Source: Phyllobates terribilis
Lineage: Eukaryota
Length of the DNA: 64,000 bases
Assembly (NCBI RefSeq): GCF_046119375.1
Contig: NW_027362762.1
Location: 127,348,001 to 127,412,000 of the forward strand
Reading direction: 5' to 3'
Position numbers and translations under genes: made by a program. The notes under the pieces were generated by a model. That model ran no database searches. It was given only the letters and a program-made list of their open reading frames with translations, and was not told the DNA's origin. Positions 33,451 through 46,126 of the stretch are shown here, one piece after another (positions within the stretch are counted from its first letter, which is position 1; the number at the start of each line of letters is the position of its first letter).

Positions 33451-35545
33451 CAGTTGAAACCAGAAGTTGTAGCAGTGGCCGTAAGGGCCTAGGGTACTTG
33501 GTAGCCGGGCCGGCAGTCTTCCAGGAAGGTCATGGTGGCAGGGGCGCAGCTCCGTGGCCCAGGCCGAGCAGAAGGAGGGAGTAGTTACAGGGGATTCATA
33601 GTCTTTATGTGACGCCACCTGTGGTGCCTGGTCAGGGATGACCAGCGCTGCTGTGTAGACCCTGGGGGATAGATGGTATAGCAGCTGGGATGAAACACTT
33701 CCCACAGGAAAGGCGGACCCCCAGGGACTGAGAAAGCTGATATGGAGGATGGCGGCAGGGGAAACAGGGTGCAGAGAGCAGGGCGGCAGCAGTGATGATA
33801 GTTGCGGTGGTAGCACAGCTGCGGGGAGGCGCAAAAGAAGAAGACAGACACGAGGAATGCAGTCCGGTTACCTTTACTGCAGAGAAAGCTGTGGAGTCCG
33901 CCGCACTGGTCACTAGGTCCAGTAGGGTCCGGTCAGCCTGGAAGCAATCGGAGTCCACCTCGTCAGGTGGGTTTGGAGGCCTGCCAGCTCCGCTTCTCCG
34001 TTGCGGGCCCCGCTGCCTGTGAGCTATCCTGCGGTCCCTTTTCTTCACTCCTGCCCTAAGCTCCGTACTAGCCGGTGGTGCGAACCTATAATGGGTACTG
34101 CCATCTTGGGTGCAGCTCTGGGCTCTAGTTATGCCGCTGTGCTGGCGGTCTCTGCTTGTGGCCTGAAAACTTTCAGTCTCCTGTCCCACAGATTTGGTTG
34201 CGGGGACGTGCAATGCCCGTACAACCCAGGACTCTGGCGTCCTCTGCTTCGCTGCCTGGGGTGAGCTCTTCACTTGCTCTGCTCCCCAGAACTTTCTCCT
34301 TCTCTCTCTGCTGCTTTCTCCCCCTCCTCCTTCCCTCTCACACTCACTGACTAACTCCTCCCCCCAACCAGAAAAGGCAGCTCCCCACGTCAGGTAAACC
34401 CCACATGCACACACAGGTTCTGATCCCTGACCTGAAGGGGGAGCTCTACACCCTATTTTGGGGAGCTCCTCCTGCTTTCAAGCGTAACATCACCTCTGGT
34501 GAAGGAGGCAACACCACTGTGGCAACCGGCCCATGGGGCGCCACATTTACATACACTATATAAAAAGACACATATGCATGTTTTTCTCAATATCTGACAT
34601 GAAATCCGAATAAACATTTCCCGTTTTAGGTTAATTAGGATTACCATATTTTTTAATATTTGCCAAATGCCAAAATAATGAGAGAGAGAATGTTTTAAGG
34701 CATTTTTATTACTTACTGCAAAGTCAAAAGTTTAGTTACATTTCATTAGTATTTGGTACCATTGCCCTTAAACTGAATGACTTGGGTCAAACGTTTGGGA
34801 TATCCTTCCACAAGCTTCTCACAATAGTTGGTCAGAATTTGGGCCCATTCCTCCTGACAAAACTGGTGTAACTGATCCAGGTTTGTAGGTCGCCTTGCTC
34901 GCACCTGCCTTTTCAGCTTTGCTCATAAATTTTCAATAGGATTTAGATCAGGGCTTTGTGATGGCCACTCCAAAACATTGACTTTGTTATCCTTAAGCCA
35001 CTTTGTTACCATTTTGGCAGTATGCTTCGGATCATTGTCCATTTGGAAGACTCATTTCCGCCCAAGCTTTAACTTTCTGGCTGATGTCTTGAGATGTTGC
35101 TTCAGTATTGCCCCATAATCTTCTTTTCGCATGATGCCATCTATTTTGTGAAGTGCACCAGTCCCTCCTGCAGCAAAACAACCCCACAACATGATGCTGC
35201 CACCCTCGTGTTTCACAGTTGGGATGGTGTTCTTAGGCTTCCAAGCTCCTCCCTTTTTCCTCCAAAAGTAACAATGGTCATTATGCCCAAAAAGTTAAAT
35301 TTTAGTTTCATCAGACCACAAGACATGTCTCCCAAAATTTAGGTCTTTGTTCCTGTGTGCATTTGCAAACATTAATCTGGCTTTTTCATTTTTCTTTTGG
35401 AGTAATGGCTTCTTCCTGGCAGAGTGGCCTTTCAGCCCATGTTGATACAGTACTCATTTCACTGTGGATATTTACACAATCTTACCAGCTTCTGCCATCA
35501 TCTTCACAAGGTCTTTTGCTTTTGTCCTTGGGTTGATATGCACAT
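33451..35545 (-). mobile_element. Second SB-like Tc1 copy, missing its 5' half, terminal repeat split by a solo LTR
   Basis: TA-CAGTTGAAACCAGAAGT at 33451, TIR resumes TTTACATACAC at 34546; 34560-35545 closely matches 3590-4580. Confidence 0.88.
33468..34545 (-). mobile_element. Solo LTR (1078 bp), same broad class as the X LTRs
   Basis: Minus-strand start TGTGGCGCCCC (X: TGTGGCACCCC), end GCTACA; similar length to X LTR; no clean TSD. Confidence 0.75.
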
Positions 35546-35751
35546 GCACATGTTCTCAAAATTCTCAATTCTCGGACAAAATCTGTCTTCAGTGAAAACT
35601 GATTTTCCCACTAAGGAAATAGGAGATGGCAATTGCTGCTTATAAATTTCTATGGAGAAGTGTAACTGTCGTTTCAGAAGAACTTGCAGAAGAATGTCTG
35701 TGTTTGCTCTTGCTCCGCCCCCCTACTTCCCTCTCCATAGAAGTTTAAAAG

Positions 35752-36175
35752 CATAGTTACATAGTTACATAGTTACATAGTTTATAAGGCCGAAAAAAGA
35801 CAAGCGTCCATCCAGTTCAGCCTATTTCTTGTGCACTGCAGCTATTCCGCAGCGTTGATCCAGGGGAAGGCAACAAAAAACCATGCGGTATAGGCCAATT
35901 TACATCATTGAGGAAAAATTCACTTCCCGACACCAATCTGGCAGTCAGATTAAATCCCTGGATTAATTAACTAAGCATAAGATGTAATTTTATTGTTCTC
36001 AAGAAAGGCGTCCAGGCCTCTCTTGAACTCATTAAGTGAGTTGGACATCACCACTTCCTCTCCCAGAGAGTTCCAGAGTCTCACGGCTCTGACCGTAAAG
36101 AATCCCCTTCTATGCTGGTGCAGGAACCTCCTTTCCTCCATACGCATAGTGTGCCCCCTCGTCTTTGTCACTTTG
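35752..36175 (-). mobile_element. 3' end of a CR1/L2-type LINE with (ATGTAACT)n tail
   Basis: Peptide KTRGH.MR.EERRF.HQHRRGFFTVRAVRLWNSL..EVV.S.SLNEFKRGLDAFL; TAGTTACA repeats 35752-35783. Confidence 0.85.
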
Positions 36176-36201
36176 TCACCAATTGTCTTCTCCTATCTCA
36201 G

Positions 36202-36961
36202 TTTTACGGGATCGGGTGGTGGAACCTCTGTGCTGGGATACAAGGAGTGACCAGAGGGGCGTAACTAAGCACCTACTCTGACTGACCCTGGCCACACGGC
36301 GGCTTAGTTAACTCCGTGAACCAAGGAGGGACCGGGCAGGGGAGCCAGATGCCGCTCTGGGACCGACCTTGTGGGAGAGCAGGCGACTCCCAAGGGTCAG
36401 GTGGCTGAGGCTGACAGGTACAGCGGCAGGTAGCTTGACGGGTGATCCGGGTAGGCAAGCAGGTGGATACGGCAGGTAACCTGACAGGTGATCCGGGTAG
36501 GCAAGTCGGCGAGCATTGCAGGTAGACAGGCTGGCGGGCATGGCAGAAAGACAGGCTGGCGGGCACAGCTGACAGACAGGCTGGCGGGCACGGCTGAAAG
36601 ATAGGCTGGCGGGCACGGCTGATAGACAGGCAGGCGGGCACGGCTGACAGACAGACTGGTGGGCACTGGAACCTGAGGGCTGAGGAGAGTGTTAGCACAC
36701 AAACAACAACCTTGCACAGGCACCTCCATTTTGGAGAAGGTGCTTAATATAGGAGTGGTCCTCCGGCCATTGGCCGGGGACTCTTTAGGACGGCGCGCGA
36801 GGCCCCTTTAAGAGGGAGGGAGCGCGCGCGCACAGTACCCGGGAAGCTGCGCACGGTGCGCAACAGTAGCAGCAGGGGAGCTGGAGGACGCCGGACCGGG
36901 ACCGCGGCGGTGAGGGGAAAGGCGTCTCTGCCCGGCAGGAGGCAGAGACGCTGATGCTAAA
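36202..36961 (-). mobile_element. Solo LTR of family A (760 bp) with TT...AA termini
   Basis: Both ends align to LTR 2512-3427; exact 5-bp TSD CTCAG (36197-36201, 36962-36966). Confidence 0.88.
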
Positions 36962-37483
36962 CTCAGTATTGGGAAAATCTGTCTTCACTAAGTACAGATT
37001 TTACCCATGAATTACTAGTGAAAGATCAGTCCAGGAGGAAAAAGAAGCAGATTTCTCTGATTATATTACAAAGTTGCTTATTTTCATGTGTACTATTGAT
37101 TTACGAAATAAAAATGGAAATGACCGTTACTCTTCAAGCCTTCTTTCTATGGATATGATAAAAACAAAACATTTTGGGAGACACCTGAGAGCTTCGTATT
37201 GCTTGTTGTCTCCTCTTTCATTAACATTTCTATATACAGTAATATTGCTAGGGATTTAGGGAGTAATTCAAATGATTGCATGAGATCAACGTTCGTAAGG
37301 AACTGATGCACAGAACTCATGCTGGATGGGTGCACATCCAATAAATCCAATAAATATAGAGAACTTGACACTCCTTGATGCAAATGGAGATATTTATTGA
37401 ATAAGCAATCCAAGAAAAAATTGTGTTTTTATAACTATTTTCTGAGACCCATAGTTAAAGGGGTGGTCTGGATGTCAAAGATT

Positions 37484-37952
37484 TTAACCCCTTTCATGAC
37501 TGATGACATATAGGTACGTCATTGGTCGTTTTCCTGCCTTTGATGCGGGCTGTGGCGCTGAGCCCCCATCTTTCTCCGCACATGATAGCTGATCTGATCA
37601 TCTGTCATGTGCCTCTAACAGCCACAGGTGGATCTGAGATCAACCCGCGTCTGTTAACAAAAATATAAATGCAACAATTTTGTTTTTGCTCCCATTTTTC
37701 AAGAGTTGAACTGAAAGATTTAAGACTTTTTCTATGTACACAAAAGGTCCTTTACTCTCAAATATTGTTTACAAATTTGTCTAAATCTGTGTTAGTGAGC
37801 ACTTCACCATGCACATGACAGGTGTTATATCAAGATGCTGATAAGACAGCATGATTATTGCACAGGTGTACCTTAGGCTGGCCACAATAAAAGGCCACTC
37901 TAAAATGTGCAGTTTTATCACACAACACAATGTCATAGATGTCTCAAGTTTC
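37484..37952. mobile_element. Adjacent DNA-transposon fragments: TTAACCCCTT-type start, then a Tc1-like terminal region from ~37655
   Basis: TTAACCCCTTTCATGAC motif; AACAAAAATATAAATGCAAC...CACAGGTG Tc1-like end; recall-based. Confidence 0.4.
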
Positions 37953-38530
37953 CTTCTGTTTCCTTTTATGAAGTAGGAGGCATGTAATCTAACTTTATAC
38001 TTTATTTTGTATTTCGTGGTTTAGATTACTCACTCTGGGATCTTTCCTTTTTTCAGTACACTTTTCCTTTTGTAGGTAATTCACACTCTGCTCTGCCCTC
38101 CGGTTCTTTAGGAGGAACATGAAGTGGTCGATGGCCTTTCAGGCAGCATAGATCCGAGTTGCCATATTCTAGTGTTTTGTTAGGGATATCTCTGCTCATG
38201 CAGGAACCACTGGGGACTGTGGGTCAGGATCTCAAGCCTGTACAGGGACTAATAGGGTCAGTGGCAGTTTTTAAGTTTGTTACCTATTTTCCCGGGTGAG
38301 TTGCTACTCTATCATTACAGTAGACACAGAGCCCCTGGTGCCAGTGATGTGTCACTTACTGGGCTGCTTGTTTTAGTTTTGATAAAATCATTCTTTTATC
38401 AACAGGAAATTATCACTAGAGGACTAGTTAAGCTACAGTTATATGAAAAAGTTTGGGCACCCCTATTAATCTTAAGCTTAATGTTTTCTAAAAATTGGTG
38501 GTTTTGCAACAGCAATTTCAGTTTGATATA

Positions 38531-40163
38531 CAGTGGGTACGGAAAGTATTCAGACCCCTTTAAATTTTTCACTCTTTGTTTCATAGCAGCCATTTGGTAA
38601 ATTCTAAAAAGTTCATTTTTTTCTCATTAAAGTACACTCTGCACTCCATCTTGACTGAAAAAAAACAGAAATGTAGACATTTTTGCAAATTTATTAAAAA
38701 AGAAAAACTGAAATATCACATGGTCATAAGTATTCAGACCTTTTGACCAGACACCCATATTTAAGTCACATGCTGTCTATTTCCTTGTGATCCTCCTTGA
38801 GATGGTTCTACTCCTTCATTGGAGTCCAGCTGTGTTTAATTAAACTGATAGGACTTGATTTGGAAAGGCACACACCTGTCTGTATAAGACCTCACAGCTC
38901 ACAGAGCATGTCAGACCAAATGAGAATCATGAGCTCAAAGGAACTGCCCAAGGAGCTCAGAGACAGAATTGTGGCAAGGCACGGATCTGGCCAAGGTTAC
39001 AAAAGAATTTCTGCATTACTCAAGGTTCCTAAGAGCACAGTGGCCTCCATAATCCTTAAATGGAAGAAGTTTGGGACCACCAGAAGTCTTCCTAGACCTG
39101 GCCGTCCAGCAAAACTGAGCAATCGTGGGAGAAGAGCCTTGGTGAGAGAAGTAAAGAAGAACCCCAAGATCACTGTGGCTGAGCTCCAGAGATGCAGTAG
39201 GGAGATGGGAGAAAGTTTCACAAAGTCAACTATCACTGCAGTCCTCCACCAGTCGGGCCTTTATGCAGAGTGGCCCGATGGAAGCCTCTCCTCAGTGCAA
39301 GACATATGAAAGCCCGCATAGAGTTTGCTCAAAAACACGTGAAGGACTCACAGACTATAAGAAATAAGATTCTCTGGTCTGATGAGACGAAGATAGAACT
39401 TTTTGGTGATAATTCGAAGCGATATGTGTGGAGAAAACCAGGCACTGCTCATCACCTGCCCAATACAATCCCAACAGTGAAACATGGTGATGGCAGCATC
39501 ATGCTATGGGGGTCTTTTTCAGCTGCAGGGACAGGATGACTGGTTGTAATTGAAGGAAACATGAATGCGGCCAAGTACAGAGATATCCTGGATGAAAACC
39601 TCTTCCAGAGTGCTCTGGACCTCAGACTTGGACGAAGGTTCAGCTTCCAACAAGACAATGACCCTAAGCACACAGCTAAAATAACAATGGAGTGGCTTCA
39701 GAACAACTCTGTGACCATTCTTGACTGGCCCAGCCAGAGCCCTGACCTAAACCCAATTGGGCATCTCTGGAGAGACCTGAAAATGGCTGTCCACCAACGT
39801 TCACCATCTAACCTGACGGAACTGGAGAGGATCTGCAAGGAAGAATGGCAGAGGATCTCCAAATCAAGGTGTGAAAAACTTGTTGCATCATTCCCAAGGA
39901 GACTCATGGCTGTAGTAGCTCAAAAGGATGATTCTACTGAATACTGAGCAAAGGGTCTGAATACTTATGACCATGTGATATTTCAGTTTTTCTTTTTTAA
40001 TAAATTTACAAAAATTTCTATATTTCTGTTTTTTTTCAGTCAAGATGGGGTGCAGAGTGTACTTTAATGAGAAAAAAAAGAACTTTTTAGAATTTACCAA
40101 ATGACTGCAATGAAACAAAGAGTGAAAAATTTAAAGGGGTCTGAATACTTTCCGTACCCACTG
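38531..40163 (+). mobile_element. Full-length Tc1 element F (1633 bp)
   Basis: TA-CAGTGGGTACGGAAAGTATTCAGACCCC...TGAATACTTTCCGTACCCACTG-TA. Confidence 0.95.
38929..39947 (+). pseudogene. Transposase of Tc1 F
   Basis: MSSKELPKELRDRIV...; frameshift ~39265; TGA at 39537; WSDETK, QDNDPKH, SPDLNPI motifs. Confidence 0.9.
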
Positions 40164-40298
40164 TATGTAATAACTGTTGGACACAGTAATGTTTCTGCCT
40201 TGAAATGAGGTTTATTGTACTAACAGAAAATGTGCAATCTGCATTCAAACAAAATTTGACAGGTGCATAAGTATGGGCACCTCACCAGAAAAGTGACA

Positions 40299-41136
40299 TT
40301 AATATTTAGTAGATCCTCCTTTTTCAAAAATAACAGCCTCTAGTCGCTTCCTGTAGCTTTTAATGATTTCCTGGATCCTGGATGAAGGTATTTTTGACCA
40401 TTCCTCTTTACAAAACAATTCTAGTTCAGTTAAGTTTGATGGTCGCCGAGCATGGACAGCCCTCTTCAAATGATCCCACAGATGTTCAATGATATTCAGG
40501 TCTGGGGACTGGGATGGCCATTCCAGAACATTGTAATTGTTCCTCTGCATGAATGCCTGAGTAGATTTGGAGCAGTGTTTTGGATCATTGTCTTGCTGAA
40601 AGATCCATCCCCTGCGTAACTTCAACTTTGTCACTGATTCTTGAACATTATAGTCAAGAATCTGCTGATACTGAGTGGAATCCATGCGTCCCTCAACTTT
40701 AACAAGATTCCCGGTGCCGGCATTGGCCACACAGCCCCAAAGCATGATGGAACCTCCACCAAATTTTACTGTGGGTAGCAAGTGTTTTTCTTGGAATGCT
40801 GTGTTTTTTTGCCGCCATGCATAACGCCTTTTTGTATGACCAAACAACTCAATCTTGGTTTCATCAGTCCACAGGACCTTCTTCCAAAAAGAAATTGGCT
40901 TCTCCAAATGTGCTTTTGCACATTTGTGGCGTGCTTGCAGAAACAGCTTCTTTCGCATCACTCTCCCATACAGCTTCTCCTTGTGCAAAGTGCGTTGTAT
41001 AGTTGACCGATGCACAGTGACACCATCTTCAGCAAGTTGATGCTGCAGCTCTCTGGGGGTGGTCTGAGGATTGTCCTTGACTGATCTCACCATTCTTCTT
41101 CTCTGCCTTTCTGATGTTTTTCTTGGCCTGCCACTT
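40299..41136 (-). pseudogene. Transposase of Tc1 E lacking the N-terminal DNA-binding region; DD34E intact
   Basis: VLWTDETK...QQDNDPKH...SPDLNIIEHLW...GGSTKY. Confidence 0.88.
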
Positions 41137-41261
41137 CAACAGTAATTACATATATCAAACTGAAATAGCAGTTGCAAAAACACCAATTTTTATAAAACAT
41201 TAAGCTTAAGATTAATAGGGGTGCCCAAACTTTTTCATATAACTGTATATATAGTCCTCTA

Positions 41262-41640
41262 TATTTATAGAAACCTAGAATGTTACTGTTGGAAAGGACC
41301 TCCTGGGTCATTGTGTCCAATCCCCTGCCCAATGGAGGATTCACTAAACCATCTCACACAGATATCTGTCCAACCTCTGTTTGAAGACTTCAATTGAAGG
41401 AGAACTCACTACCTCTCGTGGCCACCTGTTCCACTCATTGATCACCCTCACTGGCAAAAAGTTTTTTCTAATATCTAATCTGTATCTTCTCCCTTTCAGT
41501 TTCATCTCATTGCTTCTTGGGTTTCCATGTGCAAATCAAAATAAGGATCCCTCTATACTGTGACATCCCTTCAGATATTTGTAGAGAGCTATTAAGTCTC
41601 GTCTTAGCCTTAGCCTTCTTTTTTGCAAGCAAAACATTCT
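41262..41640 (-). mobile_element. CR1-type LINE 3' fragment
   Basis: TAGAAACCTAGAATG...TTGGAAAGGACCTCC...GGCCACCTGTTCCACTCATTGATCACCCTCAC, typical reverse-strand CR1 3' end. Confidence 0.7.
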
Positions 41641-41667
41641 CAGATCATTTCACAGTTGATTGTAGGA

Positions 41668-41992
41668 CCTAGCTTAAAGTCCTCTCACCTTCCTGTTAGC
41701 TCTTCTTTGCACTTGCTCCATGAGTTCTGTATAACCCCGGCCCCTCCACTGACAGACAGCTTTCTGCCTATGCACAGTACACACAGAAAGCTGCCAATGA
41801 TTGGTGTGAGTGGGGTTATACAGAGCTCAACATTCAGAGAACTGCTAGATCTGTAGCAGAGGAAACAGGGACTTTATTACAATAAAAGCAAGCAGCCCAA
41901 TAAGTAACACATCACTGGAATCAGGATCTCCGCCCCTACATCATGCTGATCTCAGATAGGGTAGCAAAAACTTGGTGACAAATTCCCTTTAA
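41668..41992. mobile_element. T2-like MITE remnant
   Basis: TTAAAG...start and GGTGACAAATTCCCTTTAA end; degenerate. Confidence 0.45.
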
Positions 41993-43339
41993 AAAATCTA
42001 GAAGACAAAATATGAGCGCTCCATAGTGAAGTCCTGGTGATAAGAAACAAGGAAGAATAGATGGAGGCTGCTCTCCTGGTGGAGTTGTGCAGGTCAGGCA
42101 CAACTCTGATGAGAGTTGTAGTGAAGTTGTATTCATCATATAGACTGATGCTCCAGAAGTTGAAGCCAAAAGAACAGCTCATTAAACAATTATGAGGATA
42201 AAAATGATATAAAAGAAATGTTGTGATGAGCGCTGTCACCATGAAAACAAGGATGAGAAGGTAGAAAAACAGCAAACATTTATTAATTAATTAATTAATA
42301 AATGTTTGTTGTTTTTCTACATCTTCTCATGCTAGTCTTCATTGTGACAGCACCCACCACAATGGGTTTTCTTTTCTTCTCATTTTTTACCTCGCAATTC
42401 TTTAAAAAGTCTAGGGGTGATGACTAATTAGAAAAAGTTTCCTTGATTGTTGTTCATTTATTTTCTTGTGATCTCTTATTCTCTCCCGTCCTCCACTTCT
42501 GGGGCCCTCGCTGTTACCTGACCTGTTTTGAGTCCATTAACTAAGAAATAAAACCAGGACTACACACTTGCAGCATCATACATTGTGGTGACATGGAGCG
42601 GTTTTCGAGCCTGAATACCTTGATCACGAGGAGAACAGATATTGAGGAGTTAGTCATCCATGTACAAGCAGTAAATGTTATCCTCCACGCAACGAAAGCG
42701 GCTGCAGCTTACCTGCAATAGATCATGGGCTTTAAAAAGCCCCACGGGCAATGACATTTAGTGCAACAAGTAATTGTGTAATTAGGTGCATGGCGGCTAC
42801 AGCAGAGATTGTAGAGAACAAATAAACAGGCGGGAAGACTAATATTCCGGGGAAAATCTAAACCTCAACACAATGCGGATGAGCAATAGATAGTGAATCC
42901 CTGCCGGGCTCGCTATCCTCCAAAGCCTTCTCAATCTCCTGGTATATCGCTCCACAGACTCTTATTTAGTTTGAAATCTAAGAGATTTACTTCCTGGCTA
43001 ACAAAAAAAGGAACATTTCTGCAGAAAAAGACTATAATTTGTAGTAAGATGGGAGATCACGTCTGTGTTCCTTCCTTGTTATCATGAAAGCATTTGAAAT
43101 AAAACCAGCAAATACCACACGAAATAACAACTCTACAATATATTTCCCTAAAACTCTACAATGTGCTGTTCCTCTGTTATTCCTACTAGAAATTCATGAA
43201 TAAATTGACAACTGGGCATTACCAGTTAGAGGTGTGCCCCTACTCTTACTCTTATACTGTCCAATCAGTGCTGGACTTTGTAAGAACACACCCCTTTGTC
43301 AAAGAGAACCATAACACCCAGTTGTATATTTGTATGATC

Positions 43340-44945
43340 TGTATTTTTAGGGGGTATTATCTGGATTCTGTATATGTTTATGGGGTCTGGGCTGTAATTA
43401 TTTGGTGGGTTTGATTTGACATCTGCATTTTTTGGGGGTAGTCATGTCTGAGGGCTGTATTTACCACATTTAGGGGTATCTATCTCTGAAGACAGCATAT
43501 ATTTAGAACTTCCGGCCTTGGATTTGTATTTATTTAGACGCTCGGCATATTTTTAGGAATTATGGGGATTTGGTTTAGGGTCTGTTTTATTAGTTTTTTT
43601 TGAGAGTACTGTATATTTTAGGGCATATATATCTGGTTCTGACTTAAGGTTTGTTTTAGGGGTTCTGGAGTCTTTGTTTATATAGGTGGACTATATCTTT
43701 TTAGGGGGTCTGGTCTAAGGTCTGAATTTATTTAGGGGGTCTGGTGTACGTTCTGTATTTATTTGGGGGATTTGTATCTTTTTTAGGGGTTCTTGTCTAG
43801 AGTCTGTATTTATTTATGGGTTTTGTATATATTAGGGGGTCTGAATCTTGTTAATGGTTCTGGGGATTATATTTATGCAAGTGGTCTGGTCTCTGTTTTG
43901 TATTTAGAGGGTCTAGTCGGAGACCTGAATTTACTTATAGGGTCTGTATTTATTTGGGATCTGTATCTTTTTAAGGGTTCTGGTCTTGAGTCTATTTTAA
44001 GGGATCCATATTTTAGGGGTCTGCATGTTGTTAAGGGTTCTGGGGTTTGTATTTATGTGGGTGGTCTGGTCTCTGTTCTGTATTTACTAGGTCTGGTCTG
44101 GGGACTTAATTTATTTAGGGGATCTGTATTCTTTTTTCAGGGGTTCTTGTCTAGGGTCTAATTTATGGGGTCCAGTCTAGGGTCTGTATTTATTCAGGGG
44201 GGTTGTATATTGTAGGGGGTCTGTATCTTGTTAGGGGTTTTGGGGTTTGTATTTATGGGGGTAATCTGGTCTCTGTTATGTATTTGGAGGGTCTAGTCTG
44301 AGGCCTGAATTTACTTACGGGGTCTGTATTTATTTGGAGATCTGTATCTTTTTCAGGGGTTCTGGTCTAGAGTCTACTTTCGCACTTTCGGAGATCCAGT
44401 CTAGGGTTTGTATATTTTAGGGGTCTGCATGTTATTAGGAGTTCTGGGGTTTGTATTTATGTGATTGGTCTGGTATCTGTTGTGTATTTAGAGTGTCTGG
44501 TCTGGGGTCTGTATTTATTTAGGGGGTGTGTATATTTTAGAGGGTCTGTATATTTTAGAGGGTCTGTATCTTGTTAGCGGTTCTTGGGGTTGTATTTATG
44601 TTGGTGGTCTGTAATTTTAGGGTGTTTGGTCTGGGGCTATTCAGGGGGTCTGTTCTGGAATCTGCATTTACTTAGGTGGTATGAGGTTCTGGTCTAAGGC
44701 TATTTTAAGGAGGTCTAGTCTGGGGTCTTTAGGGAGTCTGGGTACTATATGTATTTAGAGTACGTGTCTCTTTTTAAGGTCTGCTTTTGGGGGTGGTCTT
44801 TTCTGGGTCCATATTTATGTAGATGGCATGGCCTGGAGTCTGTATTTCTTTAGAGGGTATCTCTGAAGTCTGCATTTACTCTGGGGTCTGAATTTATTTA
44901 GGGTGTCTAGTCTGAGGACTTTAATATTTTAATGTTTGGGGGGGA
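43340..44945 (+). repeat. G/T-skewed degenerate minisatellite (GGGGTCTGTATTTATTTA-like); duplicated at 46365-47970
   Basis: Dozens of imperfect GGGGTCTG/TGTATTTATTTA motifs. Confidence 0.8.
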
Positions 44946-45144
44946 GACTTAGTCTTTAACATTAATGATGGCAACATAAATCTGTATTTACATTTTCCAC
45001 AGAATAAAACGGAATTTCTGTGAAATGTTTATTGAAATAATTACTATTGTGTTTTTTAAATTAAATTATTTTTCTACTGTTTTAATGAACATCTAATACT
45101 GATACACATATTTTCTTTAACGCATGACAGTACATGTATATATA

Positions 45145-46126
45145 CAGTGGGTACAGAAAGTATTCAGACCCCTTTAAATTTTTCGCTCTTTGTTTCATTG
45201 CAGCCATTTGGTAAATTTTAAAAAGTTCATTTTTTTTCTCATTAAAGTACACTCTGCACCCCATCTTGACTGAAAAAAAACAGAAATGTAGAAATTTTTG
45301 CAAATTTATTAAAAAAGAAAAACTGAAATATCACATGGGCATAAGTATTCAGACCCTTTGCTCAGACACTCATATTTAAGTCACATGCTGTCCATTTCCT
45401 TGTGATCCTCCTTGAGATGGTTCTACTTCTTCATTGGAGTCCAGCTGTGTTTAATTAAACTGGTAGGACTTGATTTGGAAAGGCACACACCTGTCTATAT
45501 AAGACCTCACAGCTCACAGTGCATGTCAGACCAAATGAGAATTATGAGCTCAAAGGAACTGCCTAAGGAGCTCAGAGACAGAATTGTGGCAAGGCACAGA
45601 TCTGGCCAAGGTTACAAAAGAATTTCTGCATTACTCAAAGTTCCTAAGAGCACAGTGGCCTCCATAATCCTTAAATGGAAGAAGTTTGGGACCACCAGAA
45701 GTCTTCCTAGACCTGGCCATCCAGCCAAACTGAGCAATCGTGGGAGAAGAGCTCTGGTGAGAGAGGTACAGAAGAACCCCAAGATCACTGTAGCTGAGCT
45801 CCAGAGATGCAGTAGGGAGATGGGAGAAAGTTCCATATCGTCAACTACCACTGCAGCCCTCCACCAGTCGGGCCTTTATGGCTGAGTGGCCTGACGGAAG
45901 CCTCTCCTCAGTGCAAGACATATGAAAGCCCGCATAGTGTTTGCTCAAAAACAGATGAAGGACTCCCAGACTATGAGAAATAAGATTCTCTGGTCTAATG
46001 AGACGAAGATAGAACTTTTTGGTGAGAATTCTAAGCGGTATGTGTGGAGAAAACCAGGCACTGCTCATCACCTGCCCAATACAATCCCAACAGTGAAACA
46101 TGGTGGTGGCAGCATCATGCTATGGG
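45145..46126 (+). mobile_element. Tc1 (F family) truncated at the duplication junction
   Basis: TA-CAGTGGGTACAGAAAGTATTC start; ends at GGGSIMLW. Confidence 0.92.

Larger units (their letters stand above)
38436..41245 (-). mobile_element. Tc1 element E, internally deleted, with Tc1 F nested in its terminal repeat
   Basis: TA-CAGTTATATGAAAAAGTTTGGGCACCCC...GGGGTGCCCAAACTTTTTCATATAACTG-TA. Confidence 0.9.

Noticed and set aside
33632-34414. 260-aa minus-strand ORF
   Set aside because: Lies wholly within a GC-rich solo LTR; low-complexity translation with no recognisable domain.
37147-37413. 88-aa minus-strand ORF or small exon
   Set aside because: No recognisable domain, no convincing splice pair; length within chance expectation.
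43793-44161. Gly/Leu-rich ORF (and its copy at 46818)
   Set aside because: Product of the G/T-skewed minisatellite.
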